Assembly: GCA_002245135.1 (NCBI GenBank)
Contig: NGBS01000606.1
Coordinates: 62,001 to 107,395 of the forward strand
Source of the DNA: Proteromonas lacertae
Taxonomy: Eukaryota
Reading direction: 5' to 3'
DNA length: 45,395 nt
The notes beneath the pieces were generated by a model, which worked only from the letters and a program-made list of their open reading frames with translations, was not told the DNA's origin and made no database searches. The position numbers and the translations under genes are program-made. This document shows, piece by piece, positions 23,713-37,600 of the stretch; positions within the stretch are counted from its first letter, which is position 1, and each line of letters begins with the position of its first letter.

Positions 23713-26700
23713 ATGCTAAGCTTTCTGTTTGGGCGAAAGAAAAAAGATGATGATAAAGAAGCCCCAACTGCGGTTGCAAGTCTACCTGAAGACGAAGATA
23801 ATAGAATAAAAACCCTTTTTGATAAATATGCAAAAGGAGCGAAAGGTAAGCTTAGGCGTGATGATTTTCGAGAAATGTTAAAAGAAGTGGGAGAAATAAG
23901 CAAAGAAGAATCGCAACAACTGTTTGAAGTGTTAGATATTAACGATAATGGTGAGGTAGATTTTAATGAATTTATTTATTGGTGGACTAACCCTGAATTA
24001 GACAAGAAAAAGGACTCTTCTATATTTAGACTATCTATACAAAAGAGAAACAAACTCAGTGAAAAATACAATATTTTTTTCGGCTTTTCTTATGCTGAAT
24101 GGCGAAGCGCTGATAAATTGGTATTGGCAGAATCTTCTAAATGGACTCCCACTCAAGTTTGTTTATTTATTGCAACACATGAAGATTTAAAAGTAGTAAG
24201 ATCGTATATGACTCAATCTGATTTTGCTCAAGTGGATGGAGAGACATTCTTTGGATTGGATGAAGATGATTTATTGAATTTAGGAGTGAAGAAAATGCAT
24301 ATTAAGAAGTTTCAAAGGGTTATTCAAGAATTAGCATCGTATATATATATCTCCACATATTTTTCATTATTTTTAATCTTATATTTTAGTCGAACTCAAA
24401 GAGTACATACTCGACGTGTATTAATGCCAGGTCCTCCAAAATCAAGATTACCACTCAAATCATCAGGCTTGAAATATCGTAAAGGTGATTGTATAGGTTC
24501 AGGTTCATTTGGTTCAGTCTATATTGGCTTAGAAGAAGTATCTGGTTCAATGATTGCTATTAAAGAGATCAGATATTCACATACAGATGAAGCTCATATT
24601 CAACAACTATGTAAAGAGATTGAACTTATGAAAACATTGGATCATATTAATATAGTGAGGTATTTAGGTACACAAATGAAGAGTGATCGATTATGTATTA
24701 TAACAGAATGGGTTCCAGGTGGTTCATTAAGTAATATTTTAGATAAATTTGGTATATTAAGAGAAGACACAATAGCTGGATATTCATTACAAATATTGAG
24801 TGGTTTAGATTATTTACATAATAATGATGTTGTACATATGGATATTAAATGTGCTAATATCTTGGTAGATGATAGAGGTACTATTAAACTAGCTGATTTT
24901 GGAGCTGCAAAGAGATTATCACTCAATGGAATGGAAGTAAGTAAGAAATTACATGGCACTCCGTATTATATGGCTCCTGAGATTGTAATGCAAAAACCAT
25001 ATGATAAGAAGGCTGATATATGGAGTATGGGTTGTACTGTATTAGAAATGGCAACAGCTATGCCACCATGGAAAGGAGAAGGAATAACAGATTTCATTAA
25101 ATTATGTAAAGTAATGACTGATAAGAAAACACCTAAAATACCTGAAAAAATACATCCATCTTTGAAACTATTTCTACAACAATGTTTTGTATTTGATCCT
25201 GATAAAAGGCCATCTGCTTGTGATTTATTAAATGCAGAATTTGTGAATAAAACTTGGGATGATGTAGATGAATTTTCACCAATGTTTGATGATACATCTT
25301 CTAATGATCATAGAAGATCAACTAATGCGGATATTGTGAGTTATTTAAAGATCAATGCTCAAGATATTTTTGGTAAAACAAGAGATAGTTTATTACCAGA
25401 GAAAAGTAGAACTGGTAAGAGTAAGAATATATCAAGAATAGCGAGGAGTTTTCAAACTATTGGTGAGGAAGATAAAACTGTAATTAGTAAAAAAGAAGAA
25501 GAGGATATTATTAATAATAGTAACAATCCGTTTGCTGGTGAGAGTAATTTAGGAACAGATGCAAATGAAATTGCCAATAATCCATTCGCTGGAGAAAGTA
25601 ATTTAGATTCAAATCCACTTGATAGTATTTATATTATTGTATTTTTATTTATTAAATAGTGTTGAATAATGATTCTAATAATCCATTTGCTGGTGAAGCT
25701 AATCTAGGAACAGATGCTGCATTGAGTATCATATATATATAATATTATATATATAGTGATTGATCAAGGATCAGCAAATCCATTTTCTACACATACTTCA
25801 TCTAATGAAATAAAAACTGATTTAACAACATATGAAAAAGTATTATATCAATCAGATCCAGATTTTCAACAACAACAACAATTTATACCACAAACAGAAT
25901 TAATCAAACAACTTCAAAAACAACAACAACAACAACAACAAAGTAATATACAAAAATCTTCCTCAGATTCTCCTGTAGTAAATCCAATTAAATATCAACA
26001 AATTAACACAAGTAATGATATATTACCTCCATTAAAGAAATCACCAGATTCATATGGAAATACTCCAAAATCATCGAATAATTCATCACAACATGATTCT
26101 ATATCAAGCCAATGTAAAATGATGCCAGTGGTTAAACTAGCAAGAGGAAGTATTGGTTCACAAGGTAATCCAATCACTGAAGGAACTGTATTTAGATTTA
26201 GTCCATCCACAGAGACAAGAAGATTACCCAATTCAGATTCATCATCCAATATATCAGAACCGCCAAGTGTAAAGAATCAATCATTTTCAAGCCCAATTCT
26301 AGAGACAGTTCCGTTGATAATTCGAAGAAGACAACAGTTAGAGCCAATGCAAGGTGGGAATTCACCAATACCATTACAATCACAAGATTCTACACCAAAT
26401 CCAATAGAAATACCAGTGGATGGCAAACCAAATTCACAATTACCTCCATTATTAAACCACAGAAGTAGCGGAATAGAACCAATATCACCAACAGGAAGTC
26501 AAGGCAATCCACGTAGTAGAAGGCCATCAAGAGGAAGTATAGGTTCACAAGTACCATTAACACCAACACCTGGTTTATATGCCATTCATCTTACACAAAT
26601 CGATCCATCTCCAATTATGACTAATAATAATAATAATAATACTAATAGTAATGTTGGAATACCAATGGGTAGAGGAAGTCTTAGAAGTTGTCATCCAATA

Positions 26701-27114
26701 GATGGAGATAATGATCCTTATTCACAAGTTATGCAGTATGTTTATGTTAATGAAAATGGAGAGGTTTTACCTGTTGAACCTGTAGCTACAATTCCTGAAG
26801 AAGCTTCTTTTCGAACAAATCCACCAACACCATCACAACAACAACTTCTACAGCAACAGCAGCAGCAACAACAACAACAACAACAGGCACAACAACAACA
26901 ATCATTTTTTGGTAGTAATGTTGTTAGAAAGTCTCCTGTTTCTGTCAGAGCTCAAACCCCAGTTTGTAAAAGATTAACTCCACTAACACCATGTTCTCAC
27001 TCTAGTTCTTCATTTTCTAATCTTGATAGACCAATAGTTAAACCTAGACAATCCATTAATGTAGTTACTAGAAAAGCGTTAAATTATGTTGCTTCTGAAG
27101 CAGAATCTTCTTAA
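23713..27114 (+). CDS. STE11/MAP3K-family kinase with N-terminal EF-hand pair and SAM-like domain and a long disordered C-terminal tail
   Basis: DINDNGEVDFNEF (EF-hand); WTPTQVCLFI...VDGETFFGLDEDDLLNLGVKKMH (SAM); IGSGSFGSVY, AIKEI, HINIVRYLG, EWVPGGSL, HMDIKCANILVD, DFGAAK, GTPYYMAPE; introns at 24339-24389, 25625-25659 and ~25726-25756. Confidence 0.88.
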
Positions 27115-27265
27115 AAGTATAGAAATCAATGTAAAGAGTAGTTATATTTATTTGTATATCAATCTGTTGTTTGTTAAAATTCAAAATTATCAAAATAGAA
27201 TTGAACAAACCATAATCAAATCTGTCATAGTTAAAAATCTATTTTTCTAATTATAGAATCATAAT

Positions 27266-28377
27266 ATGCTGATATTTTATTTATTAATATTATTGTTTCT
27301 CATTGACTTATCACTTGCAGATTATATTTATTCATATAGCCAAGATCTATTCAATGATACAAAGCCTTTAGGAAACAAACCTCCAGAATATCATAATATA
27401 ATAAGGCACACATCACAATACATCATTATATAGATAGTAACCCTAATGCAGCAATAAATCCTTTAGTTATATCGGTATCAATGGGATATGATATTTCTGA
27501 ATTAAGTAAGTTTATATTAAGTCTGAGAAGGTATTATAATGGTTCAGTGTTATTATTTGTGTTAAAAACTGATGATTACTTGTTTTATGAATGTTTAAGA
27601 AAAGCTAAAATAGATATTGTTAATATTACATTTGAATGGCCATTTTATAGTGATGAAAATAATAACAAATATCCAATAGATGAATCTGTGTTACAAAAGA
27701 TTCCAATATGGCATTATACTTATTCAGTAGCAAATTTTAGATTGTTTTTTATAAGAGTTTGGCTTGATAAATATGGTGATAAATACAGTCATATATTTAT
27801 GGGAGATGCAAGAGATGCAATATTTCAAGGAGATCCATTTAAATGGAATATAGGAGAAGATGGATTGTATTTAACAGAAAATGTAAGAGGATATTTATTG
27901 AAAGATAATAAATGGAATGCAAATCATTTATTCAAATATAAATATGGTTATAAACTATTAGATAATCCAATAATCTGTGGAGGTGCAGTATATGGTAGTT
28001 ATAAACAAATTAAATGGTGGTATGAAATTGTAACAGATTTTATGTTGAAACAATATATTGATGTTGCAGAACAACTAACATGGAATTATATTTTATATAA
28101 TCAATTAAGTCAAGATGAAATAAACAATCATAAAATATATATTTTAGCAAATGAATATGGTCCAACAAGACATTTAGCAGTGGATTCAAAAATAGATGTT
28201 GAAAGAAGTAAAGCCAAATCTGATCAATATATTTATAATAGAGATAATACACTATCATACTTCATTCACCAATAAGACAGGAATATGCCATTATATAACT
28301 ATTTGAAGTGCATTGTGTTAAGATTTACTCTAGTAATGTATTTACAACATCAATACAGGAAATTTGTGTGTATTTAA
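27266..28377 (+). pseudogene. Signal-peptide-bearing GT-A-like glycosyltransferase, disrupted (frameshift ~27400-27430 and in-frame TAA at 28273-28275), intronless
   Basis: Hydrophobic N-terminus MLIFYLLILLFLIDLSLA; IFMGDARDAIFQGDPF, PIICGGAVYG, EQ..WNY, and FIHQ*DR where this family type has HQYDR. Confidence 0.6.
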
Positions 28378-28663
28378 TCCAATATTAGGAATTTCAAAAG
28401 TATGGCTTGAAAAGCTTGTTCAAAATAAATCCGTTTCTCATTTATTGAAACGATTAAATTTACAAAAAAAAGTTGGTGATTAGCATATATTTGTGGAATA
28501 TTTATTAACAAACAAATTTATGAAAGAATATCCACACATATATTTGTAAATATTTGTGAAACGATTAATACTGTAAAAAAAGTAATTACAATGTAATTAC
28601 AATCCCGCTTTTTTAGTATATTTAAAACCTTATTTAATTTATTATGAAAAGAATTGAGGTATT

Positions 28664-31600
28664 ATGATCTCTACTGTATATATATCTTCCCCAAAAAATA
28701 AACACAATCCATTCAATGTAGATCTATCATGTAGCTGTAGTACTTTCATTCAAAATGTAAAAGTATTAAAATATCTATTTTACAGTATATTAGAAATATT
28801 TCGATTTATCAGAATACAACATAAAATTATTAAACCATTCATATAAGCCTATTCCCAAAGATGATCAGCCCCTCTCTACATATGTATCAAACAATGAAAT
28901 TATCCATGTTGAATTTCAATCGACATTGTCTCCAACACAGCAAAATCAACCACTACTATCTACTCAATCTAAAAATCAAAAGCAACAGAAGGATAATAAG
29001 TATATAAAATATGCTCATAAAGCTCAGAATCCTGTTTATATTCCTTTTAATAACCAACAACCTCCTGCTGCACCTTTTCAAAATTATGCTAATGTAATTC
29101 CTTCTCTTCCTCCCTCAATATCTGTACATCTTCCAACTTACACAAATCCACCTTCTGCTCCTTTAACAAACAGTCCTCATCGACCAAATGTTTATACATT
29201 TTCACATCAATCTTCAGATGAACATAAGAAAGTAGTTAGAAGAAGAGCTATGAATCCTGATTCAGATTCTGATAGTTCATATTGCTCAGATTCTGATAAT
29301 GAAGAAAAACTTGAAATAGAATATAAATTTGACAAGATACTAAATATAAAAACAGATTTTACCATTGAAGATGTAATTCATTATCATCCATTTGTGAATT
29401 GTTCTATTTTGATTCAATATAATGATACTAAAGAAATTGATTGTATTTCATTGGATAATTTATACATTAAGAATAATGAAGGAAAAGTATATCCATCTTT
29501 ACCATCATCATTTATTTGTGGATTAGATTATGTAGTAAATGGATTCTAAAATTAGGTTTTCAATATAGACAAGAAAATAAAAGCAACAATTTCACATTAC
29601 CGTTATTAGAAACAAGAAGTGATAATAACATTATTCCTGAAAAGATATATTTCCATCAAATATGTGAATGTAAAGAAAAATCCTATCGTTTTCCATTATT
29701 AAGAAATAAATCTGTTACTTGTCATACTGATATAATGATTATTCATTCTTCAGATGAATCATTGGAAGTAATTGATGAAGAAGCAGGAAAGAAAATAATC
29801 TGTAAACCATATAGAGATGTAACAACTATAAATAAAAGATCTCAAGCTGTTTTAACTGAAAATGCATTAAAAAGAATGAAAATCATAGAAGATGGAATAG
29901 AAAAGAATATTCCATTATTAGTTGAAGGTAAAACTTCAAGTGCCAAAACATTCACAGTTGAACAAGTGTGTATGAATGGTCAAATTCCATTAATTCGATA
30001 TAATTTCAGTCCATCATCAATAATTGATGAATTGATAGGAAATGTGATAATAAAAACAATAGATGGTAAATCAACTCCAATATTCCAATTAGGTCCATTT
30101 TCTGAAGCTTTTATTGAAGGAAAAGTGATATTATTGGATGAATTGTCATTAGCAAATACTGAAGTAGTTCAAGCAATAATGAACGTTTTAGATTCTCATG
30201 AATTATATGTTGATTCAATAGGAAGTGGTTATACAAAATATGATATGAATCCTAGTTTCAGAATAATAGCAACACAAAATCCAGCTGGTTCAATATATAA
30301 AAGAACCAAAATTGATGAAACAATGATGTCTAGATTCAGATATATTGATTCAAGATTCTTTCCAGAAATAAAAAGTGAAGAATTAAACAAGATATTAGAA
30401 TCAATTGGAAAAATCTCAAAAAATAATGTGAATGACATTTTAAATACTCATCAAAATGCATTAGCCAATCATCCAGATAGAGTTTATACATTGAGAGATT
30501 GTATTAGAGCAAATACTCTAATAACATCAGCTAAATGTTCTTCAAAAATAGCTGCAGAGATTGTTTATGGCGATATATTACCAACAAATAAACTGAATTT
30601 ATCTAAACCACTTGAAATTAGTAAATCTACTTTATTTCCATTGAATGAAACTATTTGGAATAATCTTTGTCAATACATAAAAGCAATATTTAAATCAGGT
30701 TGTCATATTTTATTATGTAGTGAGAATGAATTTACAGCTAGAAAGTATGTATTATCATATCTCCAATCTACTCAAAAGAACAAAAAGCCAAATATTATAA
30801 GATGTACAAGTGGAACAACAACTGAGAATTTAGTTGGAATGTTTCAATTAGAAGGAAATAATAATAATGAAGAAAGTGGAAATGATATTAAAATAGCCCC
30901 AAAATGGCATGATTCTCCTTTAGTAAAAAGTATAATCAATGGAGAAACTTGTTTTCTTCAATCCTTAGATAATATGAAATCTAATTCAATCGAAAGATTG
31001 AATTCTTTATTAGAAATAATACCAAATGATGGATGTAAACAGAAAGTGAGATTTGATGAAAGAATTGAAGAACCAGAAATTGATATTCATCCAAAATTCA
31101 GAATAATTGCAAGTGTTTCAAAAAATGGTTTAATGAAATTTTCTCCTGCTTTGATTAATAGATTTATATTAGTTACTTTACCAGATGAAAAAATAGAAAA
31201 TGCATTTGAAGAAAGTTATAAAAATAAAAAAGAGATGATAAATACTTTCTGTGAATCATTCTTCAAAGAAGAAACAAAGAAACATATAAATGAATTAACA
31301 AAATATTATGAAAAACATTCAAAATATTTAGAATGCTATGAAGGATTATTTGAAGGAATTGAAGAAAGAAGAGAGTTATTAAGTGAAATATTAATATCAT
31401 TAATCACACACAGATCAATAGCTTTATTTGGACATAAAGAAAGTGGGAAAAGTTATTTAATAGAACAACTATTGAATGGAAGTTATAATCCAATAAAATC
31501 TCTAGCATTATATATCTCTCCAGAAACTGAAATTGATCAATTGTTAGGATTTTTCACAGATGATAGAGAATTTCATCGAGGTGTAGTTATATCTGCAATG

Positions 31601-34600
31601 GAAAAAGGTGTAGTATTGGTGATTGAACATTCTCATTTATTATCAAGTGATATATTACAACTATTTGAAACATTTATTGATCCAACCACTAATGAATTTG
31701 AATATATGAATAAAACCTTCAAAATACATCCATCATTCAGAGTGATATTCAATTTCACAACATCTGGTGATAGAAAACCAACTCAATCAATACCTTGTTA
31801 TTGTCCAAGTTTTGAAATAAAAGAATATACCAATGAAGAAAAGAGTAAGATATTTGACTTACCAAAAGAAATATTTGAAAATGATTTATTCTCAATGACT
31901 CAACTTCATTATTTAATTCCATTAAAATCAATATATAAAGATAAGTTACCTTTTTTACTTGGTTTATTTTGTGATGAAAGTAAAATATCATTATTAGATG
32001 AAATATTCAAAGATATAATAAAGAATACAACAATCGAGACATTTTTGAAAAGTAGAATTAGAATCATAAAAGAAAAGAAACATTATACTCTATCAAAATA
32101 TAACATATCAACAACATGTGAATTAAAAGAATTGTTTAACAATCAAGATAATTGGTATTTGGAAAGTCTATTTCGATTATCGTTATTATCATCAAGTGAT
32201 TGTCAAGCACCAGTTTTATATATCACATGTGAATCATTCCAAATGTCTTTAATGAATGATTTATATGAAGATAATGGAAGATTTATCGAATTATCAAGAT
32301 CTTATGATTCTTCTTATTTGATAGGAAGTACTTTAATTTCCAGTCCATCTGAATTATTAACAACAATGAATCAAATAGCAACATCATATAACAATTACAA
32401 TAAAGGAAATCCAAGTGATACATTTGTTAAATGGAAGAATAATATGAATGAAATAATGAAATATAATGAAGAATCTTGTTTATTCTTCAAACCTGGCTTG
32501 ATAATGACAAGTTTTATAACTGATGAAACATTGATATTAAATCATTTTGATCTTATAAGTGAATCTGTTTTACCCAGAATAACAGGATTGTTAGAGTTAT
32601 ACAAAGGAAATATGTTCTTTAACAAAGGTAATTATAGTGAATATGATTATTCAATTTATGAAGATATAATGAATCAAATAAAAGATATAAGGAGTTTTAT
32701 TCCACCCAAGATGATAGGAGTAATAAGTGATAGTGATTTTAATAGAATTAATGATAAATCTTTATTCTTGCCAATCTATTGTCCAAATCCAACACAAACA
32801 GAAATAATCAGAAGATTTCCATTATATAAAGTTATAAAAGGATATCCATTACACTTTTACACATTAGAGAATAGAATACAGAAGTATTTTAGAAATCCAA
32901 TTGATTCAATGTTTTATTTAGATTATATATCAAGAAATCATCAATCAAGATATGAATTACTAAGATTGGAAAAAAACAAATCTGTTTCTCAACCATTACA
33001 AAGACTATTCAAATTAGATAATAAGAATTCTGAAGAAGTATCAGCGAATTTGGATGTTGATGAATTATTGAAAGAAGTATTTAGTATTAGTTTTATGATA
33101 GTGTATAATACTATTCTGGATTATTTGAATAAGAATATTCAAGAATCATTCTATCTAGTTCCAACCACAGTTCATATGATATTGACATTATTATTAGGAA
33201 TACAATCGAATTTACCAGTGATATTAGAAGGTGATCCAGGTGTTGGTAAATCAGTAACAGCTCAACATGTTTATAATGCTTTGGATATTCCAATATTCAG
33301 ATTTAATTTATCACCAAATATAACAATTCAAGAATTATTTGGTAGTTTAACAATTGGTTCTGATCAAAATCAAAAAATTAAAGCAGGTATAATAACAACA
33401 GAATTAGAAAAACATAAAGATGATAAAGAAATAGGATTTCTATTTGATGAATTAAATTTAGCTCCATCTGATGTATTGGATGAGTTTTACACATTTATAA
33501 AATGTTGTACTGATAAGAATAAAACAACATTTGATGCTCCTGGTTATGGAACAATAAAACTACCAAAGAAAGTTCATATAATTTGTACTTTAAATCCTGC
33601 TTCAATGACAAGTAACAGATCTTCTTTATCAAGTAATTTATTAACAATTAGTCTATATCATAATGATATATCATATCAATTATCTGAATTATTGACAATA
33701 GGCAAACAAATATTAAAGCAAAGTGAAAATCCAGAAGATGGAGCTGAAGATATAGAAAAGTTCAATCAAATAATTAATCAATTATTTGAACAATCCTTAA
33801 GACTTGGAAAACAAATAGGTATTGGATTTACATTGAGAGAACCAATCAAAGCAATAGAAGTGTGGAGAAGTTTTGATATAAAAGCTGATATTAAAATAGC
33901 TTTATGGTTGACATTTGGATGTAAATACAATCAGTATGATATTCAAGAAATAGAGAGAATATTATCAATCAATAATAAGATGGATATAAAACTGATAGGT
34001 AAAGAAAAAAATACATTATTAACAGGTCCTTGGCCAATTCCATTCTCAAAAAAATCTTGTGGATTTGATTTTAATCAATTTACAACCTTAGAAAAATCCT
34101 TAGCTTATAAAATAGCTTTATCATATATATCCAAAAGAGCAGTGATATTATACGGTCCATCTCCATCTGGCAAAAGTTATGTATTAAGAAGATTAGCAGA
34201 ATTATATAATCAGACATTGATAGTTGTTCCATTGAATAGTGAAAGTACAAGTTCTTTATTGATAGGTAGAATGGAATTAGTTTCATGTGGAGAAGAAAAG
34301 AAAACTTCATTAGAGTTTAAGAAAGGTCCATTATTAACAGCTATAGAAAAAGGATGTTGGATAGTAATAGAAGATATAAATCTAGCAAGTGGTGATATTT
34401 TGGAAAGATTAAACTCATTATGTGAAGAAAATCCAGAATTGAAAATAACTGAATATAATGGTGAGAATGGAGATAAAGAAATAAGATATACAAGAGATAA
34501 TCCCAAAGCTGAATATAGCATTCATGATAATTTCCGAATTTATTTCTCTTTTTCAACAACCAATCTAGCAACAATTCCAGCTCCATTGTTAAGTCGTTGT

Positions 34601-37600
34601 ATAGAGATATATGCCAATCCATTAAACACAGTAGAATCTGCTCAAGAATTGTGTTATATAAAAGAAAAAGAGGATGAAGTGAAATGTTTTGGAAAAGAAA
34701 TTCCAATTAATTTCAGAAATATACTGAGATATTTGAATAATCCAAATGATGAAAGTTATGAATTTGAATTTCATATGAGAAGAGAATCAAAATATCCAAT
34801 ATTAGTAAAACCTCCAGAAAGTAATGTATCTAATATTAGAATATTAATAAGAAGATTGGAAGATAAGAATGTTGATAAAATTGAAGATTTGATAGAACAA
34901 GTAATGAATGATAGTATATTAATGTTTAATGACGAAGAAAAAGAAAATCTGAAGAGAATAATAGATGAAAATTATATATCTTCATTACTGTATTATCCAC
35001 TTTATCAGATATATTCAACAGTGAATAAAAACTTTGGTAAAAATACTACAATAATTGAATGTAATCCAATTCTTCAAAGATGGATTTTATTCAAATACTT
35101 CAAACTATCTTCATCAGAAAAGTTAAAGTCAATGCATAAATGCCCTTTGATTAATATCAAAGATAATGAAATATGTAAATTAAAAGAATATTATGAATTG
35201 CAAAAAAGATTCAGATGAATTGTTGTTATGTTATATAATAGGTAAAGATAAAGTATTATTGAATAATAAAGATTCTCAATGGAATAAATATCAAAATGTG
35301 TTTAGTGATATAATTGAAAAGATAGATGAATTAGGTCCAATAGAAGTAATAAAGAATATAATAAACAAAACACTTCGATTATTGAAAAGTTATTCATCAA
35401 ATATATCAAGAAGAACAAAAGAAAATACTGGAATGACTGATTTACTATTTGATGAGATTCAAGGATTATATGATGAATTTGATGAAGCAATGAAAGATAC
35501 AACTTTAAAACTGAATAGATTCTATGGAATGGATAAATATTTTGAAGAATATTCTTACATTTTATACTGAAATGAAAGATTTAAAAGCAATATCTATGAT
35601 AAGAGAACATAAGAAAAAACAAAGACAAATGAATTATAACAAAATCAAAAGAGAATTAGCAAATATAAAGAGTGAATTTGAAATGGATTTTGAAGAAGAG
35701 AATAATATAGAAGGAATAGATGATGATGCTTATGATTTATTAAAAGATATAAAACAAATAAAAGATACAATAATTGATTATAGTCAGATTCAAGATAATA
35801 ATGCAAGATTATATTTAGAGTGTAGTCATTTCTTATATGCTTTAGAAGTGTCAAATACAGCATCAGCAATAGTTCAATATTATGAAGTATTGAGAGAATT
35901 AGAAATATCAAAAGATAAGTTAATTCATGATTTTGAGAATTTTGAAGTAAATGAAAAAATCTTTAGAAATATATGTGACAGCTAGAATCAATTATTATGC
36001 TAAAACTGTAGATTTAAATCATTATTATTCCATAATTAAAGAAGCTCCATTTTATATTCATAGGATCTGTAACTCAAGAACAATTAGATAGTGCAATAAA
36101 TACTTTATTAGAAAGTGAATGGATTAAATCGAAACAAAGATTTATCAATGGGAGAGTTGATTATGATTTATCACATATAATTGATAAATGCAAATCAAAG
36201 CATTATAATGATAATTTGGATTTACAAGCATTGAGAATTATTAGATATGTAGAAGAAGAAAATGAAAGAGAATTGGATTTACATAAGATATTATCATTAG
36301 AACCATACAATTACACAAGTAAATGTGAACCAGGAACAATAGTATCATCATCTGATTTAAAAGTATGAATATCAAATTAAAGAATTATGAATATGAAAAA
36401 TGAACCTTTGTTTTATATCTATGAAGGAATATATAATTCTTCACTGCCATTTCATGATAAATTAGTTTTAATATGTCCATTATTACAAAATGAATTATCA
36501 GATATTGTGTTAGAAATATTGAGTGAAATATCATTGAAAGATTTCTTTAAAACAAATCCTATTCTAAAATCAATAGATGATATAATTCCAAAAACAGATG
36601 AATATATTCAAAATGAATATAAAAGCAAACTTCAAAACGATTTATAAGAACATACAGAGATTAGAAAAAGGGTATAATGAATTGAAGAATAATAAAAGCA
36701 AATTAGAAGAAAAATATAAACAAATGGAAGATAAATTAAAAAGAGATGCTAAAAAAGCTGTTGAAAGAGATAATAAAGAATTTGAAAAGAAATATGGATC
36801 AATAGAATCAATAGAGAAAGCTAAGAATTATATTTTGACATTATATTATCATGAATCAATAAATCATATGATTGAAAAGACTAATTCATATGAATTATTT
36901 TTAACTGAAAAATTAAAATCAAAATTAGACAATATGCAACCAGACTCAGTTTATTTCAAAGTTGTTATTTTCAGATATAATAAGAATTCTAGTTTCAAAT
37001 TTAAACTTCATTGTGGTGATGATTCTAGTATTGAGATTTACAAATCATGAAATATATATTTCTAAAGAAGGATGGGGAGATTGGATAAGGAATGAATTTG
37101 GTTTAAGTAATGAAAGAAAAGAATTATATGTTGTTTTGCCATTATCAACTTATGATGTGAATGTTGAAATAACAAAGAAATATGGTGCTGTGGAAATTGA
37201 ATATAAATATTATCCATTTAATTCAGATAGTAAAGATGATTATTTTTCTCGTTCTTTGATGTTAAATATGATAAAATTCTGTAAAGAAAATGAGATTAGA
37301 TTTGCAACTGATTTTAATAAAGAATTGTTTAATGAGTATTCATTTTTGCTTAGAAGTGTTACAAAGATTAGTGTTTATAGTTTATTAACTCAAACTGAAC
37401 AAAAATTATATGCATATGAAAAGAGTAAATTAAATAATTCATATTTTGATTCAGATTTAAATATATTCCCAATTACCCAAGATTTTGAATTAAACAAATT
37501 AGTATCTATATTTTCAATTCCAAGAAATGCTACCAAAAGCAAATGAAGTTGAAATGAGCTAGATTAACAGAAGATTTATTTAAAGCCTATATAGAATCAT

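Noticed and set aside
24339..24389. Hydrophobic YIYISTYFSLFLILYFS segment in the MAP3K ORF as a transmembrane helix
   Set aside because: It is a 51-nt stop-free GTAT..TAG intron, and AT-rich introns translate to F/I/L/Y by default. Retention is possible but unsupported.
22404..34740. Functional clustering of RRS1 with a midasin-like gene (both linked to 60S maturation)
   Set aside because: They are separated by unrelated genes, the AAA protein looks like a non-canonical paralogue, and eukaryotic neighbours are rarely functionally linked.
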